The notes beneath the pieces are model-generated. The model saw only the letters and a program-made list of their open reading frames with translations, was not told where the DNA came from and did not search any database. A stretch of DNA of 64,000 bases from Antedon mediterranea (taxonomy: Eukaryota > Animalia > Echinodermata): positions 12,276,001 to 12,340,000 of the forward strand of contig NC_092674.1 in NCBI RefSeq assembly GCF_964355755.1. The letters run 5' to 3'. The position numbers and the translations under genes were made by a program. This document shows positions 1 to 13,700 of the stretch, piece by piece (position 1 is the stretch's first letter; every line of letters begins with the position of its first letter).

Positions 1-184
1 CCGCCTCTGGGTATCACAACTAATGCATGACAATTTGCTTTTTTACAACATGTCATATATTTTAACATTCTACAATACAATAAACAGAAACTTGAACTTT
101 ATTTATTTATTTCTGATAAAGATCCATACCATTGTGTGAATCAAGTTCATTGAATGGTTTGATTGAACAGAACAACTTAGGCTG

Positions 185-587
185 TTTTGGTTGAATATGC
201 CATTTTAATATCACATAATATTTATTCACTTTAACCAAAAATTGTATTGAAAACAAAAAATCATTTACATAAAAAATCTGTAATTTAAAGTCAACAGTTT
301 TTTTTTGTCTTTTTATAAGTGTTTATTTTTTTTTTCTGTATAAGTGATTAATTAAAAAACTGCGAAATAGCCTTTTCAAAGTCTTTTTTATAAATTAATC
401 TTTAATTTTCATATTTGGGGAACAGTTGCATCTTTAAAGAAAAACCTTTGTCTGATCAGTGAGTTTTTTACAACTCCCTTGTCTGATAGAGTATGTTTTG
501 CTTTAATTTACAAAAGTTAATTTTGTGGACAAAGTGAATAACTATAGTATTATGTGACATTATTAAAATGGCATATTCAACAAAAAA
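185..587. mobile_element. Degenerate MITE; related end fragments at ~8330 and ~60810
   Basis: ttgaatatgccattttaatatcacataata is inverted against tattatgtgacattattaaaatggcatattcaa. Confidence 0.55.
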
Positions 588-1987
588 TAATAATATCTTA
601 TATCCCAGTGTCTTAAACTTGTAATATCAATTTAATAATTAATTTAATATTAATTTTATTTCATATAAAAAGGTACTTTATTTATCCAACATTCACAGGA
701 GATCTTAAATTGTACTGTATTCCTGTGACCTAGTTGCAATTGTTAATGGTAGACTACTTTTACAGTCTTACAATTTGTAACCTCTAATGTATGTTATGTA
801 CTTTTAAATGATGAACAAACAACAATTATTGGTTTTCCTTTTTTTTGAAGAACACAGTATTGTATTGTATTTGTTTATATCGTTAACAATTAAGATTGTA
901 AATAAGAAAATGTCAACAGACTAATTTTTGATTGAAACAATTTACAGTACACTGTCAGTATTGTCACGGTGGACTATGAGACACATTTTATCGAATATAT
1001 ACTAATATATAATTGCTGTTAAATGACATGAAGAAATGTCAAGATTTTGGTAGTTTAGTTTCTCTTATTTTATTGAAAACTAATTTTTTTTTTTTTTTTT
1101 TTTTCTCTAAAAGTCCAAATTTAGTTTAATTTTTATTATTACAAGAATGGGCCTATACATATTTTTATATATTTAAAAACAATAAAATGACAACATAAGA
1201 ATAATATTCTTATCAGTATTATTAAAATAAACTTTTAAATTGATAACTTCCTGTTATTATCATTAGTTTGTTTTAGTTGTTATTTAAATAAAGCTATGCA
1301 CTGTATATGTAACAAGTAGGTTATGCAGCAGACATAGGACACATTTCAAATAAAGGTGTCCTCAAGATATTACAGTTAAAAACACTCAATCCAGTTGTCC
1401 CTGTGCGATTTTTGGCTGCAATGCAAAATAATGGCTATTTTGAACAAATTACCATTTGAGCGCATTGTGAATTGATTATGGTAAATTTTTTTATTACAAT
1501 TTTATAAAAAAGGCTCTTTTCTTAATCGTAAAACTAAAAAATGAATCAGTTTTTTCAGTAAAGGTCTATAGTTGCATCTCAAGATGTGAAAGACAAGATA
1601 GTCAGTTGCATGTGCCCTTGTAAATCACTAAGTGAATCCTTGGTAGCATTACTCCTGACTGAATCATTAGCAGACTGGTGCATGCATATTTCATGTCAGC
1701 TATTTCATTTCCATATATGCATGTTTCATGCTTACCTTGTCAAAGCTATTATAAAAATCATTCATTTGATAGCGTTCTTTTGAATTATGTGATTACCTAT
1801 TTGAATTGATTCCTCGGTGATGGGTAGATCATTCAGTATTGAAATAAAACTTGCTGGGGGGAAAACTTATATAAGAATTATTTTGTTATGGTTTGAAAGG
1901 TGGAATTCTTTAATAAAGAAGTTTTGGATGTGAAGCCTAGGTCTACTGTTATCTAGCAAACAATGTATACAGACTCTAGTCTCTTGA

Positions 1988-4025
1988 GAGTGTTGACAAA
2001 GTGCGAGGCACGCGAGGCAAGCGCGGCATGCCAAATATTTGTGCGAGGCATCATTTTATCATTTCCAAAAGTGCGAGGCATGCGAGGCATATAGTTTACA
2101 ATTTCAAAAAGGTGCGAGGCATATCTTAACGTGCTATTATGATATATTATAGGCCTAATAATCAATCGATACAAGCGTATCTAAATAGATTCGTGTATAC
2201 ACTCATCATGTTGTTTATTTTTATGTAACGATTGTTTTTTCATTCAAGTCATATCGTGTCAAATTTTACTTTTACAAAAGTGCCCAAACTACGGTTCAAA
2301 AATCTGAACGACAGTCTTCAACTTTCAATAAACAATAATTGTTATAGCGACACACTCATCAAATGACTGCAATGTTTGTTGGCATTTCGAGCGTGTTCAC
2401 TCACATGTCTCTCGAACATAGCAGAGTGAAAATAATATTTTGTCACACCCCTGCGCCTAGATCCGGTAGACCTGAGAGATGGACAATCCCTCTTTACTAT
2501 TTAGCAGGTAGCGGAATGATTCAGCCCTCAGCTCAGAGGATTGTGGTGCATTCCCCTCCTATAGCACGTGGTTTCAGCAGCAACGCACAGACTTCTCTCT
2601 GAGCGGCGTGCCAAAGACATTTTTGACATTCCATTCTCTAGGAACAACACGTGTACCTCTCTCGCAAATAAGGTGAACAGCGATTGCCAGGACAAGTTCA
2701 ATAACTGGCGGTGAATAAAAGGTAACTGATATGCCGATCCAATAACATGCCGCAAAGAAAAAAATTGCGACAGAATTCTGGAGCGCGTGTGAAAAAAGAC
2801 TTACGTCCGACAATTGTAATACTAGGCCTAAAATTAAACTTTAGCTAATATGCTTAGCCCTAACCTAGATAAGAGGCCTATGTAGAAAATAATTTAATCA
2901 ATTTTGATAAAATAATAATTGGTGTAATATTTAATAATGATACACTATTCCTGTTTGTATTACGAACGATTTTTATTTATTGTTGTCCATGTACGTACTA
3001 ATAAACCTGGCGCTAGTTTCCTTCGCTTGTATTTTTACTCCAAATTTGATAACTAACTTTATCGTGTGAATACCACACCTTAGAAGTATACCTCATGAGT
3101 ACTTTAATGAAAGAATCACATAAAAAGTAACAAATAAATCCTTAAATTAATGATTTTACAGGCGTGTTTCTCGCACACTGTTCGCGAATTTCACTTATTC
3201 AATGTTCAATATTTTTGTTTCTATGGAGCCCCAAAAGAGCAACGATAATAGAGGACTAAAACTCAGTGGAATGCGTCAATTTCTCATGCATTTATTGGTG
3301 AAAAACACGTTTTATTTCAATATATTTGTTAATTTGTCAATAAAAATGTTGTAATATGTTACTGCTGATACTGTTCTGTTTTCAAAGAATAATAATCGAT
3401 CCTAAATCAACATCACTACCTAGTCTAGACCTAGGACATCCTACTAAGGATATTATGATGAATTTTTCTATTTTATTCTTTAAAAGGTTAACGAAACCGT
3501 GTACATTATCAACAGTAACATTTTTCCTTACTGACAGTGACAAAATCTATTGAAATTGTACTTGATTTTCACCAAATAATGCGTTAAATATAAATGGATT
3601 CCACAGAGTTTTTAGCCCTCTAATTAATTTTGCTCTTTTGGCGTTCCATAGAAACCAAAATATTGAACATTGAGTGTGCGAAATGCGAGAAAAACAACGT
3701 CTGTAAAATCACCAATTTAATGGATTTAGTGTTACTTTTATGTGATTTTTCTTCATTAAAGTAGGCCTACTAATTCTAAGCTGTGGTATTCAGGATAAAG
3801 CCTTGGTTAAATTACAAGGCAGGTGCAAAAGGAAACTAGCCTAGCGGGCCTAGGCCTAGGCTACTTCAATTTCGGTGATTTCCTGCCTTGCAATTTTGAG
3901 AAATGATAAAATGATGCCTCGCATTTTTTGATGATGGTAAAACGATGCCTCGCATAAATTTCTGACTTGCCTCGCATGCCTTCCCTGCCTCGCGTGCCTC
4001 GCTGCCTCGCACTTTGTTACTACCC
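1988..4025. mobile_element. Non-autonomous Mutator/foldback-like DNA transposon
   Basis: 9-bp TSD GTCTCTTGA (1979-1987 and 4026-4034); termini GAGTGTTGACAAAGTGCGAGGCA / GGGTAGTAACAAAGTGCGAGGCA (rc); many subterminal GCGAGGCA repeats in inverted orientation at the two ends. Confidence 0.85.
3010..3842. repeat. Long diverged internal inverted repeat (arms ~3010-3350 and ~3530-3842), probably a nested foldback/MITE
   Basis: ttcaatgttcaatatttttgtttctatgg..caaaagagcaa pairs with ttgctcttttgg..ccatagaaaccaaaatattgaacattga; ctagtttcctt pairs with aaggaaactag. Confidence 0.8.
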
Positions 4026-4250
4026 GTCTCTTGATAACCAGAGGAGTTTCCTAATAATTTGCATGATCTACTATCTCAATTTATCCCAATTATTGTGGGT
4101 ATAAATAAATATTGAATGTATATATTTATCATAGGCACTAGACTCCTTTTTCATGTCATTGAATTTTGTTGCATATGATGACTTGGAGCGGCGCCTAGAT
4201 TCTGCTACCAGTTCTTTTGATTGCACCAACTATGTTTGGATTTATTTTGT

Positions 4251-4457
4251 AACAAGGCCAACAGCCATAAGTCGCATGCTCTCAGAAAAAAATGAACTTT
4301 CAAAAAGTAATGTACTTTAAAACTTTTCTGTACATCAAAATAGTTCAAAGAGTACAGAAAAGCGATAAAACGCATAGTGATACCGGATGGACAGACAGAC
4401 CGACAGACCGACCGACTGTCATAGTGAACTATAGAGTCGCGTCCACGCGACTAAAAA
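4251..4457. mobile_element. Short DINE-1/HINE-like (Helentron-associated) element
   Basis: AACAAG start, agtcgc subterminal IR, GACA/GACC microsatellite, terminal hairpin agtcgcgtccacgcgact followed by an A-run. Confidence 0.6.
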
Positions 4458-4742
4458 TGATGGCGAACCACTGATGTATAATAGTTTTTATATTTTTAAA
4501 TATGTACACTTATTTATAATAAAAACATGTACTTTCAAACAAGACTTTTAATGAGGATCATTCACAGAATTGATGCTTGTTGAGAAACAAATTATGGGAT
4601 CTTTATAGAGGGCGGTATATCTTATAAATTACTCATCATGAAAATGTTCAAATGCATTTGGTGTACTCATTTTTATTTTTTGCTTGTTTGCTTGAATTTG
4701 TAGTTACTTACATTTTTCAATCATTGTTTGTTTCTTTTTTAG

Positions 4743-7700
4743 ACGTGATAATCCATGTTTTCTAGAGGGAGATTTTTGTGAACAACCTTATGGTTTTAGA
4801 AATGTCATTCCACTGGTTGATGATATTAATTTATTTGAGGTAAAATACACTCCGTTGAGTTCCTAGACTTTGTTGGTATTGGCATTGGCTATATTAAAGG
4901 CTACTGACATGGCTGAGGATTTAATGCTCCAAGCGCATATTAAACATCACTTGCTCACACAAAACAACCCATTCTTCGAATTGAAGACTTTTACTTACCA
5001 AATTTACTATTTTGTATCATGTGACATTAGTGATTTTGTTGCATTCAGTGATAACAGTGACATTCAATGGTCCCATTCAACATGCAAGTGAAAATGGTGA
5101 TGTCATGCGATAAGCCAAAAAATGTGAAAACCAACCAATATAGACTAAAATCAGAGCCTTGCTTTTCATAATTGACTTTGTTTAAATACCAAATTATCTT
5201 TTTTTATAATTGCACATATTCTTTTTTTTTCAGAGAACACTTAAAGATCAAACCTTTTCGATGAGTCTTGATAGACCAGAGGGTGGACTTGATGCCCTGA
5301 TGCAAGCTACTGTCTGCAGGGTATCTAATTTTACCTATTTACTTGTTTAATGACTCACATTTGAGATGTGGTAGTTTTTATGCTAAATTAACCTAAATAA
5401 TATTGATGGATCAAAAGTAGTTTATTATTTTATGTTTATATTGATTTATCTATCAATCAAAGGATGTGTCAATACTATTAATTTAATTTTAATGTATTAA
5501 CAATTTATAATTGATTTCACTGACATACAATAGTGGGCCTACTGTGATCATACTGTTTACAATGTTTTGTTTGATTTGTGTTTAATTTAACTGTTTCTTT
5601 TGACTAAGTTTTATAAGTTAAAACACTTTTTTTTTATAGAGAAGTGATTAACTTTATCAGAACTACAAAATTGCCTATTTAAAGTCTGTTTTTATTATTA
5701 GACTTAAGTTCAATTTTCATGTTTTTTTTCATCTTTAACATGAATTCAAAATGAAACCCAACCAAGAGAAGGCCTTCCACACTTTTAATGATCATTTTGA
5801 TGTCATTGATTTTTAGGAGCAAATAGGTTGGCGTAATTATTCAAGACATTTTATTATTTATATGAGTGATGCAGGATTTCACTTCGCACTTGATGGCAAG
5901 GTTTGTAGAAAAATGTATAAGATATCAGGGGTAGCTGGCTCATTTGAGAGATAGCTGGCTCATTTGAGGGGTAGCTGGCTCATTTGAGAGATATCTGGCT
6001 CATTTGAGGGGTAGCTGGCTCATTTGAGAGATAGCTGGCTCATTTGAGGGGTAGCTGGCTCATTTGAGGGGTAGCTGGCTCATTTGAGGGGTAGCTGGCT
6101 CATTTGAGGGGTAGCTGGCTCATTTAAGGGGTAGCTGGCTCATTTGAGGGGTAGCTGGCTCATTTGAGGGGTAGCTGGCTCATTTCAGAGATAGCTGGCT
6201 CATTTGAGGTGTAACTGGCTCATTTGAGGGGTAACTATATCATTTGAGCGGTAGCTGTCTCCAATTTTTTTTTTATTTTTCTTTTAGGTTGGCGGGCTGA
6301 CCTTACCCAATGATGGTGAATGTCATTTAGATGATCAAGGATATTATACTCATTCTGTAAAAAATGTAACTAATTTTCTGATTTACTTTTCCGATTTCAT
6401 TTTTCATTGTTGTGTTACTTATGTAAACTAGATGGTACGCTCGCTTCGCTCGTGTATTATCTAGGTCGTGCCCACAGATGGTTCTCGATTACACAGTAAT
6501 TTCAGCGTAACAAAACTGGCGATTTCAAATGTACTATTATATAATACATTGTCATTTTCAGAAACGAATAAATAGACACGATGATTTATGTAGTCAACTA
6601 AAATTAGCACACTGGGAATTACTTCCGAAGGAGAAACTTATCACAAAATGAGTCCAAATTTTTGATTTGGACTCATTTAAAGAAACCCAATTTGTGTTTT
6701 GTATGTAACATTAGGTTTGAGGGATGGGTAAGTGGATAGGTACAAAGAGGAACAATTTTTAAATATATTCTTTATCCACTCAGTAACGAAATATTTTGTT
6801 CATGTTTTATAGGCCTATAAATAATATAACTCTAAATACAGTAAAACATTTGCGATTTAATACTTTGTTCAATTCATCGACATTTTTATTCCATAATCAA
6901 AATAAATACATATACAAATACAATACAAATAATAAGATAATGGAATGGGATACAAAATAAGCACAAGTGCTTTAAGCATGTAACCCTAACAAAAAGATCA
7001 AACAATTAGAACAAACAAAAAGTTAAAACTGTCGCTGTCATAATCGATTGAAATATTAAAGTACATACACCACTACGACGTTTATATTATTGGTAGTTAT
7101 TAATTAATAATTAATACAAACGTTGAGAGGGAACTGTCAGTATAAAGTTTATTTGTATATAATAATGTGTTTATATATCTAACAGTGAAGCCTAACCACA
7201 ATCTCAGTATACAATTTGTATATATTTTTATATTACATCTAACAGTACGAACATTCACAGTAAGAAATTATGATGCTGTACTCTAGCTGTTCAACCGGTT
7301 TTCAGCTATTAAAACAATTATCGTAGGAGAAGATAGGAAAATGCGAAGCCTCCTCGCATTTTTGTGGTGGGTATTTTTCAAGATGGACATCCATATTAGA
7401 CAGTGTATACCACGATCGGGAAAACACCCCTATTTGGGGCAAATCGTTGAACCTAAATTTGTTTTAATCGTCATAACTAATTATCTAACTTAATAAACAG
7501 GGTTACATCAGGTGGTTAAAATCAGTACCGAAAGTACGAACCAACTTTTACCATCGAGTAAAAATTCTATAAGTAAATTGCGATTTACCGAATTTTGCCC
7601 TTACGTAAATTTATATATAGATACGGACAATAGTCCAAATATGAAATTAAATTTAAACCAAGTAAAATAATAAAAACACAAACACAATTAATTAAATTAC

Positions 7701-10700
7701 AATAATAATAATAATACGGTCAAGCCTACCAACTGAACTCTCTGAAAACTGGAAACTTTCCCAAAACCAGACGTAAAAATTAATTTCAAAACAAATTCTG
7801 AATACCAGAATTGCCAGACATTTAGCCCAGCCCAAAGATTTCTGATATTGGGAGAGTTGACTGTGTTATCTATTAAAAATCCACATAATTCTATCAGAGG
7901 GGAAACGAGACAAAATGGCGCATGCACTATCTGAATCCACGCTTTATCAAACGCATGTCAATTTCTTGTTATGCATTCCACTCCCTCTCTCCTATTATGA
8001 TAAAAAGAGGTCAATTCAAAGTATGATTGATATACATATTTTACATTTACTTTGTTTATTTTCAGGATTTTCCATCTTTAGGACAGCTTCATGAGAAATT
8101 ATTAGAAAGAAATGTAATTCCAATTTTTGCAGTAGCAAAATCAAAACAGCGTGATGATCCAGCTCTTTATCAGGTATTGAATATGTTGAATCCTAAAGAT
8201 AGAATACATTCTAGTATCTTGTGTTAAGTTGTTTAGAATACTCCACATGCTAGTCCTATTAGTGCATGGGTTTAGTATATCTGATCAACTTATATATATA
8301 TATATATATATTATCTGAAAAATAATGGTTGGATATGCCATTTTAATGTCATGTAATAGTTATTCCATTCCAAAAATTTGGTGGGAAAAAATGATTTACC
8401 TACCTGCCAACAGTACAGCATCTACCCAGATCAGCACGCCGGGAGATGAACCCTGCTTTTTTTTAATAATGTACCAAGTTCTTTAACATGCATTGTACAA
8501 GGGACCAGCAGCTTTATGTCCCATCCGGAGTATGAGGTATATTTTAATTTTGATTTCTTCATTTCAACAGGAAGTTGTAAATGAGTTTTTCCCAGGTGGA
8601 TCTGTGGGAACACTAGCTAGTGATTCAAGAAACATTATTGAACTTGTTCGTAGTAGTTATGATGTAAGTTTGGAGTTTTTCATAGCACCTTTATTTTTAT
8701 TTGAGATTTTTTCCCAGTAGTTTTTTTTTTACCAATTATTATGTCATTAACACAAAACCATCTAAGCAAACATTTATGCTGTTTGTGAAACAATTTTTGG
8801 ATTTATAGGCCTTTATCGAGTGTAAATAAAATTAGGCCTACATGCCATTAAAACTTCTTGAAAAATTGCTTTTTCTACAGACTTCGATGAATAAAGTACT
8901 GACGATTTTTAATGATATTGCAATATATTTTTGTTTTGTTTTTATAGTATTTATATGCATTTTTAATGTTTATACAAATTATATGTTATATGTATGTTAT
9001 ATGTAAATGTTTTTTATACAATCAGTGCAATAGGAGACCTACTAGATAGTGATTAAGGTCGCTTTTTAGGAATCCTGTCTCTGCCTAGTTTTGTGTGATG
9101 TTTTTCTATATTTATTCTATATTGTATTTTTATGGAGTCAAAAATAAATGAAATGAAATAAAGTTTGATGTAAATTTAATTTAAATTAAACATTTAACTA
9201 CATAAAAAGACTTAACCTCAATTAAAGTAACATTTTTATTGTTCAAAATTACTTTAATTTTGTAAAAAACATCTTTCACACAGATGTGGAGTTATACACC
9301 ATGCAGCGAAAGGATTAATGCACACATTTTGTTTATTGCACATGTTTTATTAGTTATTAGTATCATAATTAATTAAAAAAATTATTTTTATAGAAAATTA
9401 CATCTGAGATTCAACTTGTAGACACGGTGACAGCTCCTATTCATGTAACCTACTCAGCCTATTGCGATGGCGAGACATTGACGCCTAATTCGCAGAACTG
9501 TAGTAACATTCGCTTAGGAAATGTCATTAAATTTAAACTAGATGTTAGCGTTGATGAGTGTACAGCAAATCCTATCTCGTAAGACATGATTACATTGTTT
9601 ATTACCAATCACAAGTGAGGCATTAACCTTGGTGTATGCATTGGCACGCTTAAAATAAATGTTTCTGCTGCCCAAGCCTGACCGACCCAAAATTTGGTCA
9701 GCTTCTTTTTTTATTTGTTTAATTGTAGGAGCATTTAATGAAAAGCACAATTAAATTTAAAGGCAATATTATTTTCCCAAACATTTTTTGTCTTTATCAC
9801 GTACATTTAGGCTTTCTTGGACAAACATCTTTGTTTTTGTAATTGCATGCAAACATTTCTCTAGTGTCCTCTATTTCTATTGTAAAGTTTTGGCAATATC
9901 TAAAATTTATATTATTTATGCATAAAACACAAAATAGATAAAAAAAAATTGTCTTACTAATATGACCATGTCAATTGATGGTGTTCCTGTGCAACATAAC
10001 AATTTTTGTGTTTCTAGCATTTTAAATGCAGTGACATAATCAATAATGATGATTTTAATGGTGGCAATAAAGCATGATGATGACATAATAATAATATATA
10101 CGGCCATACTGCGGTGAAACACCGGTTCTCGTCAGGTCACAGAAGTTGAGCAATGTTGGCCCGGTTGCGTTCTGGATGGGAGACCGTCTAGAAATCGTGG
10201 CGGGTGCTGTACAGTATATACTGGAGAGTGATGGTGTAATGGTAATATCGGACTAGCATGTGATAGGCATGGGTTTGAGGTTATCTGTACCATACTAATT
10301 GCATCCTTAGGCAAGATGCTTTACTCTCATTGCCTTGCCCTTCGGATGAGATGATACTAATCATTAAGAAAAATGTTTTATTTCTTTAAAAAAAATTATG
10401 ATTATTATTATTTGTAAAATGTCCATTTATGGAATAATGGTATGGTACGATGATGATTAATTTTGAATACGCAGTGGTTGAACAAATAAGAACTTTCATC
10501 TAATATTAATAAGTTACAAGATACATGATGTGCTTGAATTTTTATCAAAATATTTAGTTTTTCAGTTAAACCTCTTGGATTTGAAGAGAACCTAGAAGTT
10601 GTCATAATAACAAATTGTGAATGTGAATGTACCAAATCTGTGACACCAGACAGTGAGCTATGTAGCAATGGTAATGGTTCACTGGTCTGTGGTATTTGTG

Positions 10701-13700
10701 AGTGTAATGAAGGCCGGTATGGAGAGGTCTGTGAATGTGATGACACTGGCTCAGACGAAACTGAAACACTTGCAGATAGTTTACCATGTCAAACGTAAGG
10801 TTTTTCAACTTCTTTACTTTATTTCCATTTTGGAAAAGCATGATATACCGCTAACCTAGTTTACTATTGTTTATTCATCATACATCAAGCATTAAAAAAA
10901 ATATTGCTGTTGAGTATTTTACAATTGTTTAACCATTATTTTCTAAACACATACTGTTAACTATAGAGGGCAGAAATCATAATTTTGATTTCTTATTTTC
11001 AATATCCAATCAATGAAATGATGTATAGGCCTGTTCTTGTATGTTTAAAAAATATTAGTCAAATCCTATTTTTATTTATTTCAATAGAAGTAACTCATCT
11101 TTGGTTTGTTCAGGTCAAGGGTCATGCATATGTGGGAAATGTGTGTGTAACAAGCGACAAGTAGGTGAAATATAATATGATTTTATAGTTTTCTTATTGG
11201 GGCATATCAGTAGGTCAACTATTACAGTATGTACTGTGAGTATACTATAGTGGGTCAATTAGAGGAAAAAAGAAGTTTTTTAAAATCTGTTGCTGATAAT
11301 TGACAATTAGTGCGAAAGATTAAAAATAATGTAACCCTATAAATAGAGAATGTCTCTTATATAGGGTTTGAGAGGAGGAGGCGAGACTCAAGGAGTCAAT
11401 TTGTTATTTATAACTATATTGTACATGTTATGTTTCTCTATTTCTAATAATAGTCAACCACTATACGATCACAGACACTGTTGTCGTGATCAGTTAGTTT
11501 AAAAAAATATATACAATCATTGTCATCATTATTACAGTTCAATAAAAATCTTATTACCATATTAACATGTTTATAATGCCAAGCTACATTATAATCCAAC
11601 CCACTAATTGTGTGCCAAATGTTGTAACCCGGATCCTTATAATATACTGGTCATATATTTTCTTGAATGCGATTAATATAATATAAAATGTATTATAAAT
11701 AGAGCTTTTTTGTTATGATTAATATTTTTTTCTTTTTCAAGAATCCTTTAGAAAAAATCACAGGAAAGTTTTGCAACTGTGATAACTTCTCTTGTCGCAG
11801 AGATTCTGCTGACCTCATTTGTGGTGGTATGTTCAATTTTGTTTATATTATTTTCTTTGGACTTTGGTCAATTTAAGCTCTTCTGACAATATTAAGGACC
11901 ATATCAGCATTTTTCTACTACAGTAACTAAATATCTGTTTCAAATGTAGAAGCTATGAGAGTCACTGCAATAATTTTATCCGTTTATTTTATATTGACAC
12001 TGTTGATTCGTCTATTTGTTTTTTAAATATTTTTATATAGTTTATTTTATATCATTGTTGTTACTTTGGGAGTACGGAACCTGAACTCTTGTTATAGTGA
12101 TTAGGTTCACTTTTAGGTTCCTGCCTACTCCCTTAGTTTTTGTGTTTTGTTTGTTTGTAACTGGTTTTTGGCAATAAATAATAATAATAATAATAATATT
12201 ATTACCCAAAAAAGATTATTAGATTATTGCATAAACAGGTTAAACAGAAACAATATAGTTTAGTTACTGCAATAACTGCAATAAGATAATCAATCTCTGT
12301 AGAAAATTTATTATATTATTTCTCAGTGATTTTTTTTTTTATTGTGAATTGCCTTAGAACATCATGAAAATGGTAGTATACAAATGAGGTATTTAATCTA
12401 TATATAAATTTACGTAAGGGCAAAATTCGGTAAATCGCGCCTTACTTCTAGAATTTTCACTCGATGGTATGTAAAGTTGGTTCGTACTTTCGGTACTGAT
12501 TTTAACCGCCTGATGTAACCCTGTTTACTAATTAAATTGAGTTAGATAATTAGTTATTGACGATTAAAACGAATTTAGGTTCAACGATTTGCCCCAAATA
12601 GGGGTGTTTTCCGATCGTGGTATACACAGCTGTCTAATGGATATCCATCTTGAAAAATACCCGCCAAAAAAATGCGAAGAGGCTTCGCATTTTTCTATCT
12701 CCTCCTACGATAATTGTTTTTAATAGCTGAAAACCGGTTGAACAGCTAGAGTACACCATCATAATGTTGAAGACAGGCCGATTTTCTTTAAAAAATACTA
12801 TTTTGATAGATTTAATATACAATTATACAAATGTATTGATTTGCGATGAATGGAACATCCCAATCTCTCAGTCTGCCAGAGTTTGGTTTAACACAAGTAC
12901 TGTAGGTAAATTTATGAGCCCTTGGTTTAACACATACGGTAGGTAAATATATGGGCCCTTTGAGAATAAACTTGCAATACTTTGACAATACTGTAAATAC
13001 CTATTAACTATTTTTCATTTGAATCGAACATTTCTTACTGTGAATGTTCGTACTGTTAGATGTAATATAAAAATATATACAAATAAACTTTATTACTGAG
13101 ACTGTGGATAGGCTCTACTGTTAGATATACAAATAAACTTTATACTGACAGTTCCTTCTCAACGTTTGTATTAATTAATAATTACCAAAAATATAAACGT
13201 CGTAGTGGTGTATCGTGACATGTACTTTAATATTTCAATCGATTATGACAGTGACAGTTTTAACAAAGTATTAAATCGCAAATGTTTTAGGCCTACTGTA
13301 TTTAGAGGTATATTATTTATAGGCCTATAAAACATGAACAAAATATTTCGTTACTCAGTGGATAAAGAATATATTTAAAAATTGTTCCTCTTTGTACCTA
13401 TCCGCTTTCCCATCCCTCAACCCTAATGTTACATAGCGAGGAGGCTTCGCATTTTCCTATCTCCTCCTACGATAATTGTTTTTAATAGCTGAAAACCGGT
13501 TGAACAGCTAGAGTACACCATCATAATGTTGAAGAGTGAAGACAGGCCGATTTTCTTTAAAAAATACTATTTTGATAGATTGCTAGAGTACACCATCATA
13601 ATGTTGAAGACAGGCCGATTTTCTTTAAAAAATACTATTTTGATAGATTTAATATACGATTATACAAATGTATTGATTTGCGATGAATGGAACATCCCAA

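Noticed and set aside
1-4742. Upstream integrin exons (MIDAS DxSxS, GFGSFVDK)
   Set aside because: Not found by eye; presumed to lie before the window.
10099-10211. Functional 5S rRNA gene
   Set aside because: Many substitutions, no T-run terminator, fused to SINE-like sequence.
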